From an uncultured virus (IMG/VR IMGVR_UViG_3300014203_000013) (Duplodnaviria > Heunggongvirae > Uroviricota > Caudoviricetes), in the IMG/VR virus record IMGVR_UViG_3300014203_000013: a stretch of DNA of 62,040 bases; one strand, 5' to 3'. Shown here piece by piece: positions 48,343-58,495 of this stretch. Made by a program: the position numbers and the translations under genes. Position 1 is the first letter of the stretch, and every line of letters begins with the position of its first letter. The notes beneath the pieces were generated by a model. The model did no database searches and was not told where the DNA came from. It worked only from the letters and a program-made list of their open reading frames with translations.

Positions 48343-48367
48343 ATAACGCAAATATTTGTGACAATCA

Positions 48368-49354
48368 TTATGCCATGATGATAGGAGCAGGAATGACAGA
48401 ATTAATACACTTACCTCCCATCGCCTTCAAGTTGAACCTTCTTGAAACAGGCCCATTAATATTAAGGCTGTAATCATCGCTATCAAGTCTTATCGCAGGT
48501 AATGTGATTGTTTTGTCTGTTAATCCGTTTTCGACCGTTATCGCGAGAGATGCAGTAGAAGCAATAATCGGATTATCAAGAACGGGGTCCCAAATGCCGC
48601 TATGCTTGTATAATTCGATGTTCCCTGTTACCGACATTGCGCCCATAACCACCGCTGACGCAGTGCCGTATGTTCCTGTCCCTGCATTGCAGGCTTTAAT
48701 TATTTGAGCGTTATTCGCCAAATCAATTCCCCAAGAAAGCGTGTTAACGTCGGCGTCTGGGTCCGTCGGGGTTCCGTTTATATCGATAAGGATTCTTGCT
48801 TTTGTTCTCCAGAAAGGTATAGGAGAATTATTCGCATTCAGAGGATTTAAAGGATCTACCGGGAAGGTGTCGCAAGATGCCGCGAGAATACCTGTTTCAT
48901 TTTCTGAATATCCTAGTCCTACTGTTACTGAACGAGTCAACGCCAAAATATTAAGAGTCGCTTGCAGGGTAGAATCTGCGCTTGTCGAAATTCCCAAACT
49001 GTCGCACCAAGCCCCGTTCAGGTTTCCATCTGTTTCCGCAGCTCCTGAATATTGATATTTACAAGTTCCATCCGGACTATGTTCAAAATTTTTGGCATAT
49101 ATCCTTTTGGTAATCGCCCATTCATTAAGAAGCGTCCATAGAGACACTGGAAGGTCAAATCCGAGACTACCCCTATAATCGATGATGCCGTTTGCATAAT
49201 GGCTTTGATCGGCCGCGTTTTTCCAACCGAAACCTACTGCCGGTTGAGAAATAATCGGGTTAAGTTCCGGATTGATATTACAACTCGTCAGAAGAATAGG
49301 TTCTGCCGTTTCTCCTGAACCTAGTACCGCATATCCTGCATATCCCATTCCCAT
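48368..49354 (-). CDS. Putative major tail tube protein (paralog 1)
   Basis: Beta-rich and acidic, GGAGG RBS, downstream terminator; C-terminal VTGNIEL...ITLPAIRL pattern typical of tube proteins. Confidence 0.65.
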   Translation of the reverse strand: MGMGYAGYAVLGSGETAEPILLTSCNINPELNPIISQPAVGFGWKNAADQSHYANGIIDYRGSLGFDLPVSLWTLLNEWAITKRIYAKNFEHSPDGTCKYQYSGAAETDGNLNGAWCDSLGISTSADSTLQATLNILALTRSVTVGLGYSENETGILAASCDTFPVDPLNPLNANNSPIPFWRTKARILIDINGTPTDPDADVNTLSWGIDLANNAQIIKACNAGTGTYGTASAVVMGAMSVTGNIELYKHSGIWDPVLDNPIIASTASLAITVENGLTDKTITLPAIRLDSDDYSLNINGPVSRRFNLKAMGGKCINSVIPAPIIMA

Positions 49355-49356
49355 AA

Positions 49357-50121
49357 TTAAACCTCCGGTGCTGTTTGGATTCTTATCAAATCTCCGTCAG
49401 AACCATTATAAAGTGTCGTCATTCCGGAAAAACCGACAATCTTTTCCGATATTTGCAAACTAATCTTTGTTCCTGCTGTTCCCGTCAAAGTCTGCTGATG
49501 AACAAACGTATCTCCGTTTTGGTCTTTGCATATCAAATGAATATCAAAATTTATTGATCCTGTTTCCACATATGCATCTACCTTGTCTGTCGGAGCAAAA
49601 AAGACATATGAATCATAGGTTCCATAAGGAAGGTTCACGTTATCTGTCTGATAGCTTGAAACTGACGTGAAGAAAGGAATTCCTCCTGCCGTTTTTCCGA
49701 ATCTTGCGAAAACCATCACATCTGTATTTTCCACGACCGCACCTGACATTTTAAATCCAGTAACATCGGAAACGGTATCCGCGAAACCTTTTTTTACCGT
49801 CATTCCGTTGATATAAAGATATTGATCCAAGCTACCTGGATATTCTATAGACCAATAATTAGGATTTGAGTTGAAATATGTCATAAGGCCCCAAACAACG
49901 CTACTTAGAGGAGACGCTTTAACAACGGGAGCTGTCGTCCAAACATCATTCTTTAGGAAAGGATTCATAATGGATTCAAATCCGTAATCGTCGCTTTCTG
50001 TAATAAGAGGGAAGTATTCTGGACTTTCCGATGTTTGGATTTCTATAACGGGAGACGTTAATAAAGAATATTGACCTGCTATTTTATCCGCAATTTGTTG
50101 TATGATTCCAGTGGGTATCAT
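49357..50121 (-). CDS. Putative virion structural protein
   Basis: Position and composition. Confidence 0.5.
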   Translation of the reverse strand: MIPTGIIQQIADKIAGQYSLLTSPVIEIQTSESPEYFPLITESDDYGFESIMNPFLKNDVWTTAPVVKASPLSSVVWGLMTYFNSNPNYWSIEYPGSLDQYLYINGMTVKKGFADTVSDVTGFKMSGAVVENTDVMVFARFGKTAGGIPFFTSVSSYQTDNVNLPYGTYDSYVFFAPTDKVDAYVETGSINFDIHLICKDQNGDTFVHQQTLTGTAGTKISLQISEKIVGFSGMTTLYNGSDGDLIRIQTAPEV

Positions 50122-50624
50122 GGTAGACTCTCAATTCTTGATTTTAATGAAGAAAGGACTTTTATTCCGGCATCGGAATTTCCGACAATAATCCTAAGCG
50201 CATTTATGGCATCTTCCTTCGCGACTTTTTCTTTACCGGATTCTTCCATATTAGAAATGTCTCTTTTCATCATTTCTATTAGTTCTTCAAGGCTTTCCCA
50301 AGCTTTTTCAATCCTAACGAAATACTGTGCTGCTTTAAGGATTTCATTACGTCCTTGTGACGGGAAAAACGCTGCCGCGTATACTTTCGGAAGCATTCCT
50401 GACGCTTCTCTTTTTATAGCATCAAGAGTCCGAATGCTTTTGTCTATGAAATCAGAACAGTTTTTGAGTGCCGATTTTTTGAATTGTTCATAGCCGTCGC
50501 CCTGATCGGCATAAGATTCATAAACCCGTAAAGAGACATAGGATGATTTATTCGCAAACAGAAAAAGTTTCGCATATTCTCTGAATCTTGACTTTTCCAA
50601 CAAATTCACTAAATCATTAAGCAT
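50118..50624 (-). CDS. Hypothetical helical protein
   Basis: ORF with overlaps on both sides. Confidence 0.55.
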   Translation of the reverse strand: MLNDLVNLLEKSRFREYAKLFLFANKSSYVSLRVYESYADQGDGYEQFKKSALKNCSDFIDKSIRTLDAIKREASGMLPKVYAAAFFPSQGRNEILKAAQYFVRIEKAWESLEELIEMMKRDISNMEESGKEKVAKEDAINALRIIVGNSDAGIKVLSSLKSRIESLP

Positions 50625-51180
50625 TTCCTATCTCCTTTATAATAGGTTTCAATATATTCGGGATTTGGCTCGGTACACAAGAAAAAAGAATGTCTGGAAT
50701 CGCCTCATGAATATTTACGGTCCATAGCCATTCTGACACTCCGTAAAACCCGTCTCTAGTGCTGGAATACTGCACGCTTGAAATGAATGAATCATAGACG
50801 AAGGCGCTATATCTGTATTGACCTTCCACACACGGTATCGGGAATTGGAGATTTTGGGGGTTCTTAAAGATAGACGTAACTGCGGATGTCAAACGGTTCT
50901 GATAACTTTCTCGATCTTCCACGCTAGGCGCTAGAACGGTAAGGACGCATCTGAAATTCTGCATGTGTCGTTGTACTCTCGTCGCATACCAAGAAGACTC
51001 GGAATTCACGCTTTCTATTTCAAGACTAGGAAATGAAGAAACAGGAAGCGTGACACGGATTCCTTTTAATACTGATAATTCTCTAGATTCAAATTCGGAA
51101 ATCACAGAATTAAGCAAAACAGAATTTGCTTTCATTACTAAGATATATCTGTCTATAACTATATTCGGATCGATTTCCAT
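50617..51180 (-). CDS. Putative tail terminator/completion protein
   Basis: LPVSSFPSLEIE motif; upstream of the tube genes. Confidence 0.5.
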   Translation of the reverse strand: MEIDPNIVIDRYILVMKANSVLLNSVISEFESRELSVLKGIRVTLPVSSFPSLEIESVNSESSWYATRVQRHMQNFRCVLTVLAPSVEDRESYQNRLTSAVTSIFKNPQNLQFPIPCVEGQYRYSAFVYDSFISSVQYSSTRDGFYGVSEWLWTVNIHEAIPDILFSCVPSQIPNILKPIIKEIGNA

Positions 51181-51196
51181 TTATATCTAACCTGTG

Positions 51197-51676
51197 TTAC
51201 GTTTGTTGCAGAGTCCATGCCGGTTGCCAAGTCGGAGGCATCGTTCTGGAAATTTGTGATTTTCTTTCCGTCGCCGGTATCCAGTGAGTATTCCTTCTCA
51301 AATCATATACCATACCCTTTGCTTTTTCAACAGTAAGATTCACCTGATCATTCGCGTTCGTAGATACCTGCTGAAATTCCGATGCCGCCAAAAGAGCCGC
51401 TGTCCAATAGATCGCAGCCTGTCTTAATTCTCCGGGGAAAAAGTCTTTAAATTTTCCGTCACTTCCCTTCACTTTTTTTGTTTTAAACGGCACGTTGTAT
51501 AAATCATTCAGCATACCGTCGATTTCTCGATCTACGAGTTCTTGAAATTCATTGACTTCTTCTTTCTTCAAAGTGTCCCATTTCCCTTCTCCGACTTTAA
51601 GGGTTTTGAGTACTTTTTTTATATTTGTCCAAGAACCGGAATAAAACGGTTCTCCTGTAAATTCTGAAAGTTCCAT
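51197..51676 (-). CDS. Putative head-tail connector (gp15/gp36-like)
   Basis: VDREIDGMLNDLYNVPF...PGELRQAAIYWTA. Confidence 0.6.
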   Translation of the reverse strand: MELSEFTGEPFYSGSWTNIKKVLKTLKVGEGKWDTLKKEEVNEFQELVDREIDGMLNDLYNVPFKTKKVKGSDGKFKDFFPGELRQAAIYWTAALLAASEFQQVSTNANDQVNLTVEKAKGMVYDLRRNTHWIPATERKSQISRTMPPTWQPAWTLQQT

Positions 51677-51687
51677 ATCTTCCTCTT

Positions 51688-51948
51688 TTACTTCTGACTG
51701 ACTCCCAAAATGTCTTGAGATAATTTTTCGACCTTAAAGTCTTCAATCGAAGATAACCTTTTTCTTATGTTTTCGCAATCAGAAATCTTGGCACACTTAA
51801 TGACATATTGTATGTTTTCTCTACAGATGTCGTTTTTCGCAACGACAACGTGCGAGGAAATACTTGTCGCAGCCTCTCTTAACCTTTCAAAAAAACCGGC
51901 TTCTTTAATGATTTCTCCGATTCCGCGAAGTTCTTGTTTAAAATTCAT
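51688..51948 (-). CDS. Hypothetical protein carrying the shared N-terminal leader
   Basis: GGAG RBS before ATG 51948 (MNFKQELRGIGEII). Confidence 0.55.
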   Translation of the reverse strand: MNFKQELRGIGEIIKEAGFFERLREAATSISSHVVVAKNDICRENIQYVIKCAKISDCENIRKRLSSIEDFKVEKLSQDILGVSQK

Positions 51949-51950
51949 TT

Positions 51951-52784
51951 TTATCTCCCTAGTCTGTTGACTCTCCATCCCCTCAGTCTTCCGCCGACAT
52001 TCATCGTTCCGGATGTTCCGACACCGGATACGGCTCTCCAATAATAATTTGTCGGATATGCCAGCAAACGTCCACCCGCCTTGAAAACAGGATTGTCAAT
52101 CGTCTTATATGCGCGATCTTCCGCGTTTTGTTTAAGAGTAGAAAGCTGTGAAACAATGTCTCCACCCTGTCCTTCTAGAAGCATATCTGCTCCTATCGCG
52201 AATATTAAACGGCCTTTCCATAAATCATAGTCTAACAACAATCTTTCCATACATTGTGCAAATGCCAAATCAACAATCACTCCTGCCCAATAATCCGGAC
52301 AGTTTTCTATGGTATAATACGTCGGAGAACTGTCTTGACCGGCCGAATTAATTGTATTAATCGATGAAACAAGAAATCCGTAAAGAACTTCCGCCGGGAA
52401 ATAATCAAAACTGTATGAAGCCGAAACATCAATCAGAGGGTTTCCGATTGCGTCCACAGTATCTATCAAATCATTTCCTGAAATTATTTGGAAACTGGAA
52501 TTTACATCCGGAAATGTCAATTTCCCCATCTGAGGATCTATTTCGAAAGAATCCGGCATCATCTTTTCATTAGCTCTCACGATTCTTAAAGGCGCTGTTT
52601 CTAAAACGTTTCCGAAAGCGAAAAGCCACGTCTTTCTGTCGCTGTCCAGCTTTAAAGGTTCATCATTGACCTCTATCTGACGGAAACGAAGAAGCTTGGG
52701 GGTAAGGAAATCATCAATAAGAGCATTTGCCCTTTCTGATGACAGTACATTCATGGGTATGTAGGTTGAAGGATAATTGGCCAT
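51951..52784 (-). CDS. Putative neck/head-completion protein
   Basis: Ig-like insert (FEIDPQMGKLTF) followed by a helical adaptor-like region. Confidence 0.5.
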   Translation of the reverse strand: MANYPSTYIPMNVLSSERANALIDDFLTPKLLRFRQIEVNDEPLKLDSDRKTWLFAFGNVLETAPLRIVRANEKMMPDSFEIDPQMGKLTFPDVNSSFQIISGNDLIDTVDAIGNPLIDVSASYSFDYFPAEVLYGFLVSSINTINSAGQDSSPTYYTIENCPDYWAGVIVDLAFAQCMERLLLDYDLWKGRLIFAIGADMLLEGQGGDIVSQLSTLKQNAEDRAYKTIDNPVFKAGGRLLAYPTNYYWRAVSGVGTSGTMNVGGRLRGWRVNRLGR

Positions 52785-52835
52785 TTTTTACACCTGTCTC
52801 TTATACAATGAGACGGTATTATCAAAACTAATCAT

Positions 52836-53093
52836 TTAGCTATGACAAAGGCTTTTCAAACGTCTTATATTATCCACAAACCGATAGGCATTCACTGTTC
52901 CGTATCCTTTGAAGAATAAATCTTTTTTCTTTTCTATTTCGTCTTCTTTTACAAGGAAAATGAAAATTATTTTCCCGTCTTCTTTTTTTTCTATACCTTG
53001 AAAATTCGCCCTAGAAGAACAAAGGAACGCTCCGAAATACAAGTCAGATGTCCTGTATGTCTTTTGCGTTCCTTTATCAATCCCTTCTCCCAT
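52836..53093 (-). CDS. DUF5659-like small protein
   Basis: YRTSDLYFGAFL...GKIIFIF pattern. Confidence 0.6.
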   Translation of the reverse strand: MGEGIDKGTQKTYRTSDLYFGAFLCSSRANFQGIEKKEDGKIIFIFLVKEDEIEKKKDLFFKGYGTVNAYRFVDNIRRLKSLCHS

Positions 53094-53098
53094 AACAA

Positions 53099-53347
53099 CT
53101 ATTTCATCCCCGTCCTTGCTGAAAGGTGACTACCGTGCTGTACCTTTCCCGCTTCTACGTTTTTCCTTTTCTGTTCTTTATTTATTCTGTCTTTTGAAGA
53201 AGATACTCCAATGAGAGTCGGGGCTTCAATCAATTTAATAGCCTTTCTTCCACATTCAGGACAAACAATATCCCTCTTCATATCCTTCATCAGACAGTTA
53301 ATCGTCGTTACGGTGTGGCAAAATCCACATTCATAACTGTAAAACAT
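53099..53347 (-). CDS. FmdB-family zinc-ribbon protein
   Basis: YSYECGFC...CPECG...KLIEAP. Confidence 0.75.
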   Translation of the reverse strand: MFYSYECGFCHTVTTINCLMKDMKRDIVCPECGRKAIKLIEAPTLIGVSSSKDRINKEQKRKNVEAGKVQHGSHLSARTGMK

Positions 53348-53961
53348 TACTTTTTCCCCTTCTTAGAAACAGCAGGATTCTTTAACGCAACTGACCTTAT
53401 TTTAAGACCTGCGTTTACCAAAGGTTTCCCGGCTACGTTTCCGGCACCACTTTCGTCTGCAGCCACGACTTTCATTTTTATGGGTTTCTGGAGATTTTCT
53501 ACCTGTTCCTGTAATTCTTCAATTCCAGTAAGGGTCTTTACGACATTGTTTTCTTCAATAACTTCAAGTTTTTGATCAAGTTCTGGCAATTTAGCTCTTG
53601 CTGGAAGATCTACATTTTTTATTCCGAGATTGATAACATCAATCAAATCTGCGTCTGAATTGATCACAACCATTTTCGGCGCTTCAACCTTGGAAGAGTT
53701 TGCCTTCAATCTCTTTTCAATATCGGAAATCACATTCTTGGCGATCTTGTCCGTATAGGGAACAAGGATTGCTGTCTTAGTGGAAGGAGAAATAATTTTC
53801 TTTCCGGCTTCCACTTCTCTGGAAGCATCTTGAAAAATCTTTCCGTTAACTTCCATAGTTCCCTTTTCAGGATCGAAATTCAATATCTGTCCTCGTGTAA
53901 GATTTGCTCCGAAACGAGAGATATTCCACGTTGTCGTTACGACGTACTTTTCAATGTTCAT
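53347..53961 (-). CDS. Hypothetical protein
   Basis: GAGG RBS, 204 aa. Confidence 0.65.
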   Translation of the reverse strand: MNIEKYVVTTTWNISRFGANLTRGQILNFDPEKGTMEVNGKIFQDASREVEAGKKIISPSTKTAILVPYTDKIAKNVISDIEKRLKANSSKVEAPKMVVINSDADLIDVINLGIKNVDLPARAKLPELDQKLEVIEENNVVKTLTGIEELQEQVENLQKPIKMKVVAADESGAGNVAGKPLVNAGLKIRSVALKNPAVSKKGKK

Positions 53962-54063
53962 TTTTACCTCATTTTTTCATGACTGTTAAGTCATGTGCTT
54001 TTAAAAGGGATAAAGGAAATCTTTATCACTTTATTATCACTGTTTAACAACAGCGAAATTCAT

Positions 54064-54083
54064 ACGGGGAAATATTTCCCCGT
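54064..54083. repeat. Perfect 20-bp palindrome just after the 54091 gene stop; hairpin/terminator candidate
   Basis: ACGGGGAAATATTTCCCCGT. Confidence 0.6.
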
Positions 54084-54090
54084 CAGCCTT

Positions 54091-54561
54091 TTAGATGGTT
54101 TTCTTTTCTCCAATAACACCACCGAAGTAAGGTCCAGTACCGAGTCTACGGTTATCCGTAGCGGCAATCAATGTATCGACCGCCGTTTTTTCAGCATTAT
54201 TAACTGGGATCTTCTTCAAATCACGGCTTATATGTTCAAGAACTTTGACAAGTACCGGTGCCGGTTCAACCGCAGTATCACCGACATAGTATGTCAATTT
54301 TGAAATGGCCTTGAGATTGAGCTTGTATCCCAACCAAGTCCTTGTCCCGATATATTTGTCTGTGACATCATCCCACTTGCAAATAGTATCGATGAAAGCC
54401 TTGATCGCAGCCAATTGAACGTTTGTAGGAAGGGTTACGCGGCTGTTACGTGCGATGTTCCTCACATCACGGGCATACTGCCACCAATTGCAATTGGCGA
54501 CACCACGGACTCCACCTGTCAATTTGCCTTCAACTTCAGGTATGATAATCTGTCCTGACAT
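54091..54561 (-). CDS. Hypothetical protein, possibly an abundant virion protein
   Basis: AAGGTG RBS before ATG 54561; stands alone between intergenic gaps. Confidence 0.6.
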   Translation of the reverse strand: MSGQIIIPEVEGKLTGGVRGVANCNWWQYARDVRNIARNSRVTLPTNVQLAAIKAFIDTICKWDDVTDKYIGTRTWLGYKLNLKAISKLTYYVGDTAVEPAPVLVKVLEHISRDLKKIPVNNAEKTAVDTLIAATDNRRLGTGPYFGGVIGEKKTI

Positions 54562-54728
54562 ATTCTCACCTTTGAACTTTTTCCCCACTTCACGGCATTA
54601 GTTCTTAAACCGCAAACAATAAAGACCATCTTTACCGTTCAGCCCCTTTGTGGAACGGGCTTTCAATATTTTATCCGAATATCAAAAAAATTATCTCCTT
54701 TATGAAGATTTTCTGTTTTATGCTTCAG

Positions 54729-55328
54729 TTAAAATTTAATGGTAGCCTTTTTATAAGGTTCGAAAAATGAATTATCTCCTTTCTCAATTGAAATGGGCTT
54801 CTCTCCGTGTTTAAATCCCCACCAGCTTGCAAGATTGTTTAGCGTATTTGAAAGTTCAATATCTGAAACATCTTCTGGTGCTGTAATTATAATACCTTCA
54901 TGATCTACATTTAGAAGAGACATGTTCTTAGGAAGTTTAGACTTTATAAATTGTTCAGCCATGTTCTTCATCGCAAAATCATGTTTCGACTTGCTGACAT
55001 CTGGTGTTATATTGTCATGTTTTGTCCTATTTAATTCGCGTAGAACTTCCAGCAACTTATCGTCATTTGATTCCCAGTTAGGAGATTTCTTTAGAGTGTC
55101 ATAATTTTCACGTAAAACAGTCGCCGCCCAATTAAGAACATCTAGGTGCTTAGGGGTGACTTTAAGAGTCTGTTGAGAAACGGTTTTGTTATTCTCTGAT
55201 TTAGACCAACCCCTATCTGTACGCCTATAACCGCTTCCTGGATTTTCCTTATGTTCGGGATCATGGATATAATCATATTCAGCGGTTAATATTTTAGCAA
55301 TTTTATAAATTTCCGCATTAATTCTCAT
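54729..55328 (-). CDS. Hypothetical protein with the shared N-terminal leader; putative internal virion protein
   Basis: MRINAEIYKIAKILTAE; AGGAG RBS. Confidence 0.65.
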   Translation of the reverse strand: MRINAEIYKIAKILTAEYDYIHDPEHKENPGSGYRRTDRGWSKSENNKTVSQQTLKVTPKHLDVLNWAATVLRENYDTLKKSPNWESNDDKLLEVLRELNRTKHDNITPDVSKSKHDFAMKNMAEQFIKSKLPKNMSLLNVDHEGIIITAPEDVSDIELSNTLNNLASWWGFKHGEKPISIEKGDNSFFEPYKKATIKF

Positions 55329-55361
55329 CTTGAGATCTCCTTTATTTGATCAATCCAGATT

Positions 55362-55604
55362 TCAAAGCCTGAAGAATTTTTTATAAAGTTTGTCAAAAGT
55401 CTGATTATAGTTATCTTCATGGTATTCAAATCCCAAAACCTGATTTGGAATATTCTTCAGCTTCTGAAGATCTCTAATAGCGATTTCTCTGTCACCTATC
55501 AGATACTTTGTGAATGCCAAGGCGACATCTTGTGTCGTTGCAGCGGTCCTTTTCTTCCCATGAATCTCAACTGCCAGTCTTTTAAGTTCTATTTTGTAGT
55601 CCAT
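55362..55604 (-). CDS. Hypothetical protein with the shared leader
   Basis: GGAG RBS, MDYKIELKRLAVEI. Confidence 0.6.
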   Translation of the reverse strand: MDYKIELKRLAVEIHGKKRTAATTQDVALAFTKYLIGDREIAIRDLQKLKNIPNQVLGFEYHEDNYNQTFDKLYKKFFRL

Positions 55605-55606
55605 TT

Positions 55607-56020
55607 TTACTCCCTGAATTCTGATAGATGATCCTTGCAAGACAGATAAGCCAATCCTTCTTTTGAAAAAGGGATAAGGTTTTTATCTGAAGCGTCTCTT
55701 TCCAAAGTCCTACAAGCATTAATAAGATTTTCTTTATCTGAAAACCGTCTCATCGTTTCGTTGATGTAGACTTTGATGGATTTATCTTTTCCGTTAGATT
55801 CCGCTTCTATTTTGATTCTCGTTTTTTCATCCCGTAACACAAGGATGCAGTGATAGATTCCGTCTTCACATAAGCTTTTCATTCCCTTTTTGATATATGA
55901 GGAATCTAAGAAGCTCTCAAAGAAATATCCAAGAAGCTTGATATCTGCATCTAGCGAATTGCTGTCGATATCTTTCTCTTCAAAGAAAGATATTCTGTTA
56001 AGATTTTGACTAGTCAGCAT
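55607..56020 (-). CDS. Hypothetical protein with a leader-like N-terminus
   Basis: MLTSQNLNRIS; GGAG RBS. Confidence 0.6.
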   Translation of the reverse strand: MLTSQNLNRISFFEEKDIDSNSLDADIKLLGYFFESFLDSSYIKKGMKSLCEDGIYHCILVLRDEKTRIKIEAESNGKDKSIKVYINETMRRFSDKENLINACRTLERDASDKNLIPFSKEGLAYLSCKDHLSEFRE

Positions 56021-56047
56021 TTGAAAGCTCCCGATTTTGACGGTAGG

Positions 56048-56404
56048 TTATTCTTCCCATTTACCTGACAGTTGATTCAAAACCTTCTTCTGTATAGAAG
56101 AAGGAATACTTTTCCAAGCCACTGGTTTACCAAGCTTCTGATCTTCTTTCCCTGTTGCAAAAACGGCTTTCCCGTTCATGTCAAACCGAATTAGAGACTT
56201 GTCTGTACTTCCAGGTTCATCCCATTCCCTTCCTGTAAGAACAGCGGTAAAACGCTTTAATTGATTAGGGTTATCGTAAACCCTAATGGTGTCTGCCTTA
56301 TACTTAAAATTGTGATCTTTACTGTTCTTTTCCGTATATTCAATTCCGGTTTCTTCAGCCTTAATCAATTTCGCGATTTTCATCAATTCTGTTTTGTAAT
56401 CCAT
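56048..56404 (-). CDS. Hypothetical protein with the shared leader
   Basis: MDYKTELMKIAKLIKAEE; AGGAG RBS. Confidence 0.65.
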   Translation of the reverse strand: MDYKTELMKIAKLIKAEETGIEYTEKNSKDHNFKYKADTIRVYDNPNQLKRFTAVLTGREWDEPGSTDKSLIRFDMNGKAVFATGKEDQKLGKPVAWKSIPSSIQKKVLNQLSGKWEE

Positions 56405-56407
56405 TTG

Positions 56408-57001
56408 TTATCTCCTGTAAAACTCGACTTCCATCCCCATTTTTTTTGACAGTTCTATCGGATTGTCGAAAACGTTGTTATCTTCCAATATGACATAGAA
56501 ACCGAAACCGTCGCCTCCGTCATCCGCGTAGATGCTTCCAAGATGCAGATTTTCATCATCATCACTAAAAAGCTTAATAAATCCGAATTCCTTGTCTTCT
56601 TTTTTCAATTCTTCCCTTGCGTTGTCAAAAATGTTCTGTAGGCTTTCAATGCCGTCTCGGCTTCCCCTAATGATTAAAAGGTGATCTCCTTTCCCTTTTA
56701 TCTTCTTGTCGATAACCTTAAGACTTAACCCTTTCCAATCTCCGCTTTCAAAAACATCGTCCTCATTACTCAAAAGAATTTGCCAATCCACTTTCGCCCA
56801 TCCGTCTCCGTCAAACCCGCCGACATTTTTACCGTCTTTGTCTTGATTATTTTCTTTCTTTTCTATTCCGAAACTGTGCCCGCCAATGGCATTCATCCAA
56901 ATCCTGTCAAAGATTTTATTGAAGGAATTGGTTATCCCATAATCTCCGCACAAAATGAAAACTCTGTTGTTTCGATCCATGTCAATATCGTGATATATCA
57001 A
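56408..57001 (-). CDS. Hypothetical acidic protein
   Basis: ORF in operon; start uncertain. Confidence 0.6.
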   Translation of the reverse strand: MIYHDIDMDRNNRVFILCGDYGITNSFNKIFDRIWMNAIGGHSFGIEKKENNQDKDGKNVGGFDGDGWAKVDWQILLSNEDDVFESGDWKGLSLKVIDKKIKGKGDHLLIIRGSRDGIESLQNIFDNAREELKKEDKEFGFIKLFSDDDENLHLGSIYADDGGDGFGFYVILEDNNVFDNPIELSKKMGMEVEFYRR

Positions 57002-57624
57002 ATTTTGTTTAAGTGCAGATTCGTCAGGTAATGCCGTATATAAGAATCTTCCCTTTTGGGAACTATCGGATTGAATCGACAGTGTAAAAAGTCAAACAGT
57101 TCTGGTTTCGTCGCGGCTTCATCAAATGCGCCAATCGTTATTTCCACAGGACATTTTTCTGTAAGATAATCTTTAATCCCGAATCTATATCTTGTTTTGT
57201 TTTGACTCGCTAAAGCTTGTGGAATAACGGCATGTGTAAGATATCCGTTCTTTTCTTGACCCAATATACAACTATCAACATGAAAGTTTTCCAAAGCGTC
57301 TTTTGCCGAAGTCCTATGGCAAGTTGCAAAGGCACCCTTATTAAGAAGCGGTTCCAGATTTCGGATAGAACGGGTATCTGTGTCCACCCACACTCCACCG
57401 TAAGTTTCCAATAGCCATAACCTATAAATGTCGGCTTTATAAACAAGATTAGGAAGTCTTTCTATTTCCTGCGCTAGGACGTGTGCAGAGGGTATCTTAA
57501 AGTCGGTAATGAAATCATACGTCCAACTACTCCCCAAGCAATCCTGGTATTCCCTGAAGGCTTTTTTTGCCCATTCTGGGACTTCACTTCCCGACCAAGC
57601 CATAAAAAGAGTTTTCGGGATCAT
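56998..57624 (-). CDS. GT32/OCH1-like DXD glycosyltransferase
   Basis: MIPKTLFMAW, KADIYRLWLLETYGGVWVDTD. Confidence 0.85.
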   Translation of the reverse strand: MIPKTLFMAWSGSEVPEWAKKAFREYQDCLGSSWTYDFITDFKIPSAHVLAQEIERLPNLVYKADIYRLWLLETYGGVWVDTDTRSIRNLEPLLNKGAFATCHRTSAKDALENFHVDSCILGQEKNGYLTHAVIPQALASQNKTRYRFGIKDYLTEKCPVEITIGAFDEAATKPELFDFLHCRFNPIVPKREDSYIRHYLTNLHLNKI

Positions 57625-57797
57625 ACTTCTCTAAGTCCTGCCAATTCGATAAAACGTTCCTGTGACCAGTGTTTAAAGAATCCTTCTTTATTCAGTAGAA
57701 CAGAATATTCTTCGTCACTAACAGAAGTAATGTAATACCGTTTACCAAAATCGTCTATCCAATTACCATTAGGGTCTTGTGTGTATTTCCAATACAT
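57621..57797 (-). CDS. Small hypothetical protein (58 aa, MYWKYTQDPNG...), below the track cutoff
   Basis: Fills the gap between the two GT genes; ATGA overlap with the downstream gene. Confidence 0.5.
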   Translation of the reverse strand: MYWKYTQDPNGNWIDDFGKRYYITSVSDEEYSVLLNKEGFFKHWSQERFIELAGLREV

Positions 57798-57804
57798 GAA
57801 AGAA

Positions 57805-58467
57805 TTACCATTGTTCTGAATCTACAAACTCTTGTTTAAGTTTTTGAATGATCCCCGTTTTGATCATTGAAGAAGGTTCAGACGGCTTAAGGAATGCCTT
57901 CACTTTTTTATCAACCACAGTCTCATATCCGTGTGTCTGTAGATAACGGCAAAACCACATGTCGTCACACACATAGAATTGTGGCTTCCATTCAGAAATG
58001 AAATCATTCCGTCGAATCATCTCTGCGTCGAAAATCATCATTCCTGTTCCGATAGCCTTTGCATTTCCGGAATACACCTTCTTCTTTTCAGAAAGATTAC
58101 TTCCGAATTCATAACCGAGACACGAAACCGCTTTTCCCTTTTGTCGGGAATCAACGAAACTCTGAATGCTTTCTTTCCTTAAAATGATGTCATCATCTAA
58201 GAAAATGGCAAAATCACAATCCCTTTGTCTCGCTTCCAAATATCTCGCTATGGTTCCGGAATTGTAATCCATGTGAACAACAATTATGTTCATCTGATTG
58301 TCGCTTTCCCACGTCATTTCATTGATTCGAAAACGTTCATTGATATTGTTATTTATAATAACAATATCGAAGTCATTGAATGTCTGTCGGCTTAACGACT
58401 GAAGTAAAACTTCTACGTTATCCATCCTGTGAAATGCGGTAAGAAATACCGTTATTTTATCTTTCAT
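57805..58467 (-). CDS. GT2-family glycosyltransferase
   Basis: ITVFLTAFHR...SLSRQT..FDIVIINN...IFLDDD...CDDMWF. Confidence 0.85.
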   Translation of the reverse strand: MKDKITVFLTAFHRMDNVEVLLQSLSRQTFNDFDIVIINNNINERFRINEMTWESDNQMNIIVVHMDYNSGTIARYLEARQRDCDFAIFLDDDIILRKESIQSFVDSRQKGKAVSCLGYEFGSNLSEKKKVYSGNAKAIGTGMMIFDAEMIRRNDFISEWKPQFYVCDDMWFCRYLQTHGYETVVDKKVKAFLKPSEPSSMIKTGIIQKLKQEFVDSEQW

Positions 58468-58495
58468 TTAGCCTTTCGTTGTTAAATCCAGTTCT

